Positions 56,482 to 64,000 of a stretch of 64,000 nucleotides of DNA are shown here, piece after piece. The stretch is from assembly GCA_000165345.1 (NCBI GenBank), contig CM000434.1, positions 32,001 to 96,000 of the forward strand, given 5' to 3'. Numbering within the stretch: position 1 is the stretch's first letter; each line of letters starts with the position of its first letter. Made by a program: the position numbers and the translations under genes. The notes under the pieces were generated by a model. That model was not told the origin of the DNA, searched no databases, and saw nothing but the letters and a program-made list of their open reading frames with translations.

Positions 56482-57177
56482 AANTNCCCAGGNAAAATTC
56501 CCAAATTTTAAAAAATTTTTAAAAAAGGATTANTNAAAAANTATTTNCTTNCCCNTTTCNTCCCCGGGGAAATCNAGGAAAAANTCNAAATCTCTTTGGA
56601 AAAGGAAANTTTAACCTNTCGANGGTATCCCCTTTTTTTCCCNTTTTTANNCGNNTNNAAAAAAAAAAGNTTANAACCATTATANCCCNTCCTTGGCCCT
56701 TTAAANTAAAATTANNGCTTTAAAAANTNNNAAAATTTTTTTTTAAAANAANAATTTTNGACNTTAATTNATATTAANAAAANNAAAATTCCCCCATTGG
56801 GGCNCAAATTCTNTTTNTTTTTTTTTTGGTTATATTGATAGTGATAANTNGCATGNTTATTNCAATTTTGNCAAGTAATTTAATAAATTAATATTTTAAT
56901 TTTGATTAATCATCTAAATTAATAANTTCTTTTTGGTNCTNGTTGATTATNACTTGATTCATATTTAGTATGNCTTTTATGATTACTATTTCTATGCTTA
57001 GAATTCTGATGATAATCTTCTGGACTATTATCATGATGTTTATGATGACTACGATGATTATTACTATGACCATGATGAGTATGGTGATTATGATGATAAT
57101 GATTATAATGACTTTCTGATCTATTACTTGATATAGAATCATCATGAATATGTTTCTTTCTATTATTTGAATGATTA

Positions 57178-57621
57178 TTAATAAAATATAGCTTGAGCTC
57201 TCAAATTTAATTCATGTTTTAATGAATTATTAAATAATGGTTTATTAATACCACCAAATATGACTGATATTAATAAATATATTAATGAATTAAGGAATAA
57301 TATAGAGCTGATAATTAAAGAATATAAATTTTCATTTAGATTTAAACAAGATAATATAGCCATAAATAATCCTCGACCAATTGGAGTATAAATAAATAAT
57401 ATATAAGAATAAAATTTAAAACAATATGCTTCAGCTAATAAACTGATTATTCCACTCAATATAATAAATACATTTAATACCATTCTTTTAATATCGTAAA
57501 ATAAAATTAGATCTGATAAACCACCTAATATTAATATTATGAAAAATCCTATCCATAGTAATTGCAATATAAATATCTTGAATGTTGTTTTTCTACTTTC
57601 TGATGAAGTTTTTCTTGACAT
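57178..57621 (-). CDS. Small 4-TM membrane protein of unknown family.
   Basis: 147-aa ORF with four hydrophobic helices (FKIFILQLLWIGFFIILILGG, LNVFIILSGIISLLAEAY, GRGLFMAILSCLNL, SLIISSILFLNSLIYLLISVIFGG). Confidence 0.5.
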   Translation of the reverse strand: MSRKTSSESRKTTFKIFILQLLWIGFFIILILGGLSDLILFYDIKRMVLNVFIILSGIISLLAEAYCFKFYSYILFIYTPIGRGLFMAILSCLNLNENLYSLIISSILFLNSLIYLLISVIFGGINKPLFNNSLKHELNLRAQAIFY

Positions 57622-57839
57622 GATTTATTTATTTATTTAAAAATAAATTCAAAATAACTGTATTTTATTTATATTGTATTTCATTAATTATTTTTTATTA
57701 TATACTTTAATTGTAAATATAGTGTGGTAAGGTTCAAAATTCTTGTTTTTTTTTCTTATTTAAAAAAGAAAAAAAAATCTTAAATTCTATAATATATATA
57801 TATATATATATATATAATATTTGATATTATATTCAATAT

Positions 57840-60377
57840 TTAATCACTCAATCCATCAATTTTATTATCATTTTCATTAGTGTTATTACTCTCATTTAAG
57901 TGACTATTGTCATCATTTTCAAGATTATTTTGAGCTTTATTACTTGAATCATTAAAATTATCTTTTTCATTTGAATTATTACTTTTATTTGTATTATTAT
58001 CATCTTTATTATCCAATTTATTAATTTTTTCTTCATTATTTAATGCTGCTCTCTTTTTTAATATTTTTAATCCAACCCTATAATTTTGTATATACATTGA
58101 TCTATATAATTTTGAAAGTCTAGAATCAAAATGGCAAATTCTCTTACATATTAATAATGCATGTGATGGTCTTCCACCTGGCACTAAAGCAATACTTGTT
58201 TTCTCCCAATTTTTTGTACATTTTGGATCCAAATATTCTGGTTCGCATACACACCAATGGCTTAACATACCTAAAGAATTAATAATAATATTTTGTAATT
58301 TCTCCAAACCACTCAATTCTTCTTCTAATCTTTTTAAATAATTATTGATGTATTCAGTTTTATCAATATATGCATTATTTAAATTATTAATTTCTTCTTC
58401 AGCTTTATTAATAGAACAATTTAAGTGAGCATTTTTTTCTATCAAAAATTTTAATTTATATGATAAATGAAGTCTTTCGCTTTTTTCATTTTCATACTTT
58501 TTTTTTTCTTCACTAATTTGATTATCCATTTTTTTAATAAAAGATTGTAACATAACAGGATTATTATAAAATAACTCTAATGAATATTCTTTTTCATCCT
58601 TATATTCTTTTAATATTTTACTTCTTAAATTAATTCTCAAGTTTCTTTTCTTTTCATAGTATTCTTCTAAGCTTTCTGTATAATTATTATTATTATCTAA
58701 ATTACCAAACTTATTAACTGTTTTTGGCATTCTCAATCTACCCAAATTTTGTTCCTCTCTTCTTTCTTCCTTAATAATCTTTTCATCATCATCATCAATT
58801 TCTGCACCGGCATTTAATAACATATTTAACATTCTATTAAAATACGAACTATCAGTTCCATTTTTATTTTTTTCCTGTTTTTTTGTATTATTACTAGAGT
58901 TTGTTAAAGCATTTCTTAAATTTTCCCTTTTTTCAAGGTAAGCTTCATTTTCTGATTTTTCTTCTTTTTCATCAGTTTCACTATCATTACTTTCACTATC
59001 ATCAGTTTCACTATCATCAGTTTCACTATCATCGCTTTCACTATCATCACTATTATTATTATTATCAACTTCAAGTTTATCTTGATCATTCTCTTGATTA
59101 TCAATTTTATTATTATTATTTTCTTGTAACTTTTCTTTTAATTGAGTATCACTATCTATATCTTTGATATCAGCTTGATCAATGGGAACATTTTTTCTTT
59201 TTGATTTTTCTTTTTCAATAATTCCATCTAATACATTATCTGTTTCATCATAATCACAATATCCGAATAAATTCGAATCAAATAATATATCAAATCTTCT
59301 AAAATCATTCCTTGTATGTAAATCTCTAGCTTCATCATCTTGATCACTATTTTCAAGTGATGAATGAAAAATATTATCTTTTGAATTTACACAAGAATCT
59401 TCAGAAATTATCTTTTTATTTTTTAACTTTAACTTATTCTTTTTTAACCACTTCTTAAATTTTTTATAGTTGTGTTTTTCCTTAACAAAATCAATAATAT
59501 TTGTATCACATTTTATTTCATTTAAATATTGTCTTAAATATATATTATCTTCTTCCTTAAATTTCTCTTTTAACTCGTGTTCTGATATTAGTTCGCCAAT
59601 TACAGGAATCTTGTAACATGATTGATTTTCATTATCACTTTCCATTTCACTTTTTGTTTCATTATCATATTTACAAATTTCAATATTTTCATCAATTTCA
59701 TCTTTTCTAGTATGATCATTAGTACTAATTGACTCACCTTTTCTTACTACTCTTAGTTTTCTAGTAAAATCTCGTTCTTTTAAAACATTATTAATTGATG
59801 GAGGATTCCATTTTATTACTGTTTCTTCAATATTATTATATTGAAAATTTAAAAAAGGAAACCCTTTTTCTGATTTTATATGAATATTTCGTATTTCAAT
59901 ATCATTTTTTTCTCTAATTTGCTCGTTATTTTCTTCCATATCACTATTTTCTCCATCAATATATTGATTTTCATTTTCATGATTATTTTTACCAAAGCTT
60001 ATTTTTCTTTCAATTTTTGTTTTAATTTCTGGAAGGTCTTCATCAACCATTTTTTTTAACCAGTTCTTTTGTTTATCAATATTACGAAGATTTACCCTTT
60101 CATCAATACATTCTTCTAACTTATAGTTAATTTCTCTCCATAATTTCTTTTCATTGTTCTTTACTGATTGCTCTAAATCTGTTCTTTCTATCTCCTCCTT
60201 TTGTTTATTAATTAAATCATTTCTTACATTTTCATTAAGTATTGTTACTGTCGGCTTCTCAAAATAATGTGAAACTTGGATATATCGTAATAAACTTTTT
60301 CCCAATGTAGTTTTTTCACTATTTGATAAGCTATACCTTCTTGGTATTTTATTATTTATTTTATAATAATTTTTCAT
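57840..60377 (-). CDS. Large coiled-coil protein with SDDSE[ST]DD tandem repeats and a Cys/His-rich C-terminal module.
   Basis: 845-aa ORF. The acidic repeat DDSESDDSETDDSETDDSESNDSETD is encoded by a 15-nt DNA repeat. The C-terminal LSHWCVCEPEYLDPKCTKNWEKTSIALVPGGRPSHALLICKRICHFDSRLSK could be a Zn-binding domain. Confidence 0.5.
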   Translation of the reverse strand: MKNYYKINNKIPRRYSLSNSEKTTLGKSLLRYIQVSHYFEKPTVTILNENVRNDLINKQKEEIERTDLEQSVKNNEKKLWREINYKLEECIDERVNLRNIDKQKNWLKKMVDEDLPEIKTKIERKISFGKNNHENENQYIDGENSDMEENNEQIREKNDIEIRNIHIKSEKGFPFLNFQYNNIEETVIKWNPPSINNVLKERDFTRKLRVVRKGESISTNDHTRKDEIDENIEICKYDNETKSEMESDNENQSCYKIPVIGELISEHELKEKFKEEDNIYLRQYLNEIKCDTNIIDFVKEKHNYKKFKKWLKKNKLKLKNKKIISEDSCVNSKDNIFHSSLENSDQDDEARDLHTRNDFRRFDILFDSNLFGYCDYDETDNVLDGIIEKEKSKRKNVPIDQADIKDIDSDTQLKEKLQENNNNKIDNQENDQDKLEVDNNNNSDDSESDDSETDDSETDDSESNDSETDEKEEKSENEAYLEKRENLRNALTNSSNNTKKQEKNKNGTDSSYFNRMLNMLLNAGAEIDDDDEKIIKEERREEQNLGRLRMPKTVNKFGNLDNNNNYTESLEEYYEKKRNLRINLRSKILKEYKDEKEYSLELFYNNPVMLQSFIKKMDNQISEEKKKYENEKSERLHLSYKLKFLIEKNAHLNCSINKAEEEINNLNNAYIDKTEYINNYLKRLEEELSGLEKLQNIIINSLGMLSHWCVCEPEYLDPKCTKNWEKTSIALVPGGRPSHALLICKRICHFDSRLSKLYRSMYIQNYRVGLKILKKRAALNNEEKINKLDNKDDNNTNKSNNSNEKDNFNDSSNKAQNNLENDDNSHLNESNNTNENDNKIDGLSD
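58963..59048. repeat. Tandem 15-nt coding repeat (tttcactatcatcag)n, about 6 units.
   Basis: Direct read. On the minus strand it encodes the SDDSE/SDDTE repeat units. Confidence 0.9.
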
Positions 60378-60876
60378 TTTAAATTTAATTTAACTTTCTC
60401 TGTTTGAATCCAATTCTATCCTTTATTTAAATAAACTTTATTTGATTTAACTTTTTTTTTTTAATTAGTAATTAACTTATCAATACTTCATAATTTAAAT
60501 CTTGATTTGATTTTATTTTTAGTCCCACAATTATCAAAATATTCTGAAATGCACCTTTAAAAATTAAAATTAAACTTTTTTTTTCTTTTAAAAAAAATTA
60601 ATTCCCTTAACTACGATTCATATTATTCCAGCTTTTTTTTTCAATCAAATTTTTTTTGATTGCACACAAATCAAAATGTGCTTACCTTTAATATCTTTTC
60701 ATTCATTTTTTTTCACCAATTTTAGTAATATATCGTATTAAAATTATTATTAATTAAAAATACTGATGTAATCAAAATTTAACATTAATTTTTTCTAGCT
60801 TAATTTAAAATAAAATTATTGTAAATAACTTTAATTAATTTTACACGTCATTTTATTACATGCATGTAATTTTTTT

Positions 60877-60927
60877 TCCACATGAGAATAATAACAAAAT
60901 TTAATGAAAAAATTGGAAAATACCGGT
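60877..60927. promoter_or_regulatory. Composite motif TCCACATGAG-N33-ATACCGGT, preceded by ACACGTCA and CATGCATG.
   Basis: 60877-60886 and 60920-60927. It lies about 500 bp upstream of the start (60377) of the minus-strand coiled-coil gene. Confidence 0.4.
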
Positions 60928-61301
60928 ATATAGTAATGTATTTATTATATTTATGAAAATAGAATTATTAGAGAAGTAAATAATATTTCATTAGAAAAAT
61001 AGATTTTGAAAATAAATATAAGCACACACATAAATATATATATATATTTCTTTAAGTTAACTAAATGATCAAAAATTTAATGTATAACTCATCTAAAATA
61101 CAGTCTAAAGATGATGACTGAGTAATTTAATAACTTGGGTAATTTACTAATGAAGAAAATTAATAATTAAAATAAAAAAAAAGTTATTTATCTAATAATT
61201 ATAAGTTTTTTAGCAGCTTAGCCTAAAAAAGCTAGATAATCAATAAAAAAATATATTTATATATATATATATTTATTGCTTTATTTAACATATTTCAATC
61301 A

Positions 61302-62285
61302 TTACTCTGCAGGTCTTTTTTTGCTCCTTGCATTAAATGCGGTGTTGGCGCCCGGATTCATATTGTTTGGCGGTAATCCAGGGTGGTGCATAATTTGATG
61401 AGAAGGTATTGGAGGTGGAATATGCGAATGATGAGGGATATGATGAGGAAAGTTGTTGAACATGTGCTGTTGATGATAAATATTTGGATGACCTGGAATT
61501 GGTGGATTTAAGTGTGGTGGGGGTGGAGGTGGGAAATAAATCATATTTGATGGGAACCCTGTTATAGGTGGTGGTGGCGGTAAATTATTCATCATCTTAA
61601 TATTTGGATTTGGTAAACCAGTATTTGAATTATTAATATTTAAATTTGCATTCACATTATTTGAGTTAGAAATACCAGATGTTATTGTACTCTTGTTTAG
61701 TAAATCATCACTTGTTTCAATGTTTTGTTTTTTAATACGTTCCCATCTTATACCTAATTGTCTAATAATATATTCTTTAAATGTTTTTTCTGTAAAGCCA
61801 TAATTAAACCAAGGTGAAACATCCAGTAATCTACTCCAAGGCCTTAACTCTGGATTATTATCCCAAACCATTTGAAGATTTTTACATGGATTTTCTTCTG
61901 TAGCTGTATCTTCATTGTCAATATATATTGTATTAGAAACATTTAAGGCATGCAAATTTTGGTCTCCTGTATTCATTTTTTGATTATTTATATTCGAAGA
62001 GTTACCATTACTTGCTCCTGTATTTCCAGGTTTGCAATCCGTCATTCCTTTCTTCAAAACATCTGAAGCCGGATTAATTGAATTGTCTACTTCATTATCA
62101 CCACCTGTTGAACTTATTTTATCATTCAATTTTGAAAAATCTTTTAATCCTCCTTCTTCATTTCCTCCGCAAATTAAAAATGTTATATCTTCATCATCAT
62201 CTTCATTATCATTCTCATCATAATCTTCATTCTTTGTTCCATTATTATTCTTTGAAATATTATCTTCCAAATTACTCCCACTCAT
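61302..62285 (-). CDS. Fip1-like pre-mRNA 3'-end processing factor (FIP1 motif protein).
   Basis: The conserved Fip1 domain RPWSRLLDVSPWFNYGFTEKTFKEYIIRQL matches kPWRkpgaDiSDYFNYGFnEetWkaYc. It has an acidic N-terminus and a Pro/His-rich C-terminus. Confidence 0.8.
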   Translation of the reverse strand: MSGSNLEDNISKNNNGTKNEDYDENDNEDDDEDITFLICGGNEEGGLKDFSKLNDKISSTGGDNEVDNSINPASDVLKKGMTDCKPGNTGASNGNSSNINNQKMNTGDQNLHALNVSNTIYIDNEDTATEENPCKNLQMVWDNNPELRPWSRLLDVSPWFNYGFTEKTFKEYIIRQLGIRWERIKKQNIETSDDLLNKSTITSGISNSNNVNANLNINNSNTGLPNPNIKMMNNLPPPPPITGFPSNMIYFPPPPPPHLNPPIPGHPNIYHQQHMFNNFPHHIPHHSHIPPPIPSHQIMHHPGLPPNNMNPGANTAFNARSKKRPAE

Positions 62286-63526
62286 TTAATTAATTACGTT
62301 TTTAATAATCCTCAATATTATTCAGATTGTTTAATTCTCTATGAATCTATAGAAATATTACATCTCAATTCTCAATATTAATTTTTACCCTATTTAATTT
62401 TTTTTTTTCAAATAAAGCGAAAGAAATTCAAATTAATTTATTTATATACAAAATACATGAATTAATATTATTAACATAAACACATTTGCAATCCGCAAAT
62501 TTTTAGTCACTTTTAAATATTAACTTTGTAAATATTTAATATACATTTATTTTAGAATGATTATTAGTAGATTATTTTTTTTCTCATATAATTTTTATTA
62601 ATTACATATAAGCCTAGTCAATTTATTATTTTATTTGTATTATTATTTTTTTTCCACTAAATTATATATTTATACTAATTATATCAATTTATTTCATTAT
62701 TAAACTATTATTAATTAAATACTATGCTATTTAAAATATAAATATTAATATTTATATTATTATTATTAGTATTAATATATCATTAATGCTATTATTATTA
62801 TTTCTATTGTTATTATTGTTATTAATATTATTATTATTATTATATTGTTATCATTATTTATTATTAAAAATAACTTATATTATAATATAATAATTCTTAA
62901 AATATATTAACTATAATTATTCATTACTCTGATTTATCACATAGCTTACTTATTTAAAAAATTCATTATGATATATATATTTAATAGTCTATATGTTTTA
63001 AAAGACTACGTATAGTCAAAATGATTAAATTGAAAAATGCGCGGGCTTTTATTCATATTAGACTTTAATAATAAACTTTAGCTAAGAATAATTTTGGACT
63101 TGTAAATATTTAAGGTAAAGTAAGAAAAAAGGAAAGGAAAGGAAAGGGAAAAAAAAGATAAAAATACTTATATATAAAAAAAATAAAAAAGTCGAATAGT
63201 AGACAAATAGAAAAAATAGTTGGAATTAGAAATATAAAATTTATATATATATAAATATTACGCGTAGTACGAATCTGAAATATTGCTACGTTTTCTGGTG
63301 AATAGGTTAAGAATCTCTTTGAAAATAAATAGTCTAATTGCCAGATAGGAGGAGAACCATTCTGAATTAGCAAGAAGGATAGATAAAAGCAAAGTAGAAA
63401 AAAATATACAGAATATATTTAAGTCAAATTTAACCACAAGAGATTAGAATTATATACTAATATTGAGAAACTCTGAATAATTAAGTAATATAATTAACAA
63501 AAGGTTTCTGAGACTTATCAGTAAGA

Positions 63527-64000
63527 TGGATTCAGTTAACCAGATTGGATTGGATGAATCATTTAGCAATGAATTAAAGGATACTAAGATGGCAAATAAT
63601 CCAAATTTATCGAGAAGTGATATTATTTCAGGACCAACAAATTCAGGAGCTAATAATAATAACAATAATAATGTTGGCGCCACCAATTCTTCTTCATCTT
63701 CATCTGGACTTTCTGGGACACCCAGTGCTATTGGAACTAATCTTTTTGATTTAAGTGATAACAAATCTTTGAATGATGAATCAAATAAAAATGTTGGAGA
63801 AAGTATGATGGATACTGATTTACCAGGATCAGCTGATGATGAGGAAATGAAAAGATCAATATATATTGGAAATGTTGATTATGGCACTAAATTAACAGAA
63901 TTACAAGATTTATTTAAAAGTTGTGGAAGTATTAACAGAATTACAATAATGAATGATAAAAGAACAGGAATGCCAAAAGGATTTGCTTACTTGGAATTTT
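63527..64000 (+). CDS. Nuclear poly(A)-binding protein PABPN1/PABP2 homolog. The 3' end lies beyond the window.
   Basis: The [51 protein letters not shown] aligns with PABPN1 [48 protein letters not shown]. The ATG at 63527 is in good context. Confidence 0.8.

Noticed and set aside
53914-56511. Two ORFs of about 850 aa on opposite strands translating to poly-X
   Set aside because: They are pure artefacts of the N assembly gap.
56906-57145. His/Ile-rich 79-aa ORF
   Set aside because: It lies in low-quality sequence with n calls, next to the 4-TM gene, and has no start context. It is probably 3' UTR or sequencing noise.

Overview
This window is an extremely AT-rich, gene-dense eukaryotic nuclear region, and it is not prokaryotic. 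Intergenic DNA is about 15-20% GC. Introns are short, start with GTAAGT, end in a T-rich tract plus AG, and are more than 85% AT. Coding regions carry poly-Asn runs encoded by AAT, poly-His runs, and D/E tracts. Highly expressed genes use GC-richer codons. There are about 30 protein-coding genes at roughly one per 2 kb. Together these point most strongly to a dictyostelid social amoeba (Dictyostelium-like), although another AT-rich unicellular eukaryote cannot be excluded from sequence alone. The assembly is a draft: there is an N-gap at 53991-56481 and several low-quality stretches with scattered 'n'.

Genes I can recognise are a protein disulfide-isomerase ending in RDEL, a divergent pair of Na+/H+ exchanger paralogs, a longin R-SNARE (VAMP7-like, 3 exons), Beclin-1/Atg6, MCM6, a TatD nuclease (4 exons), a DGAT2-family acyltransferase, coatomer beta (broken by ambiguous bases), a NIPA-type Mg2+ transporter, a WBP2/GRAM-like protein, Hikeshi (3 exons), Fip1 and PABPN1. 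The last two are divergently paired neighbours.

The most interesting content is a tandem pair of secreted Cys-repeat proteins punctuated by His runs, with a recurring C-P-x-G-[YF]-x-L...C motif that resembles the COWP type. A composite non-coding motif, CCACATGA-N(11-33)-ATACCGGT, recurs in four promoter regions and once inside a CDS. TTTGGCGCC sites that look like E2F sites lie upstream of MCM6 and two other genes. The motifs TTAGGCGGG and ACACGTAAT recur near promoters. Several multi-exon genes were missed by the simple ORF track: an EGF-like secreted protein, a 5-exon small secreted protein, and micro-exon first exons of VAMP7 and WBP2.

I found no tRNA, rRNA, CRISPR or obvious transposon.
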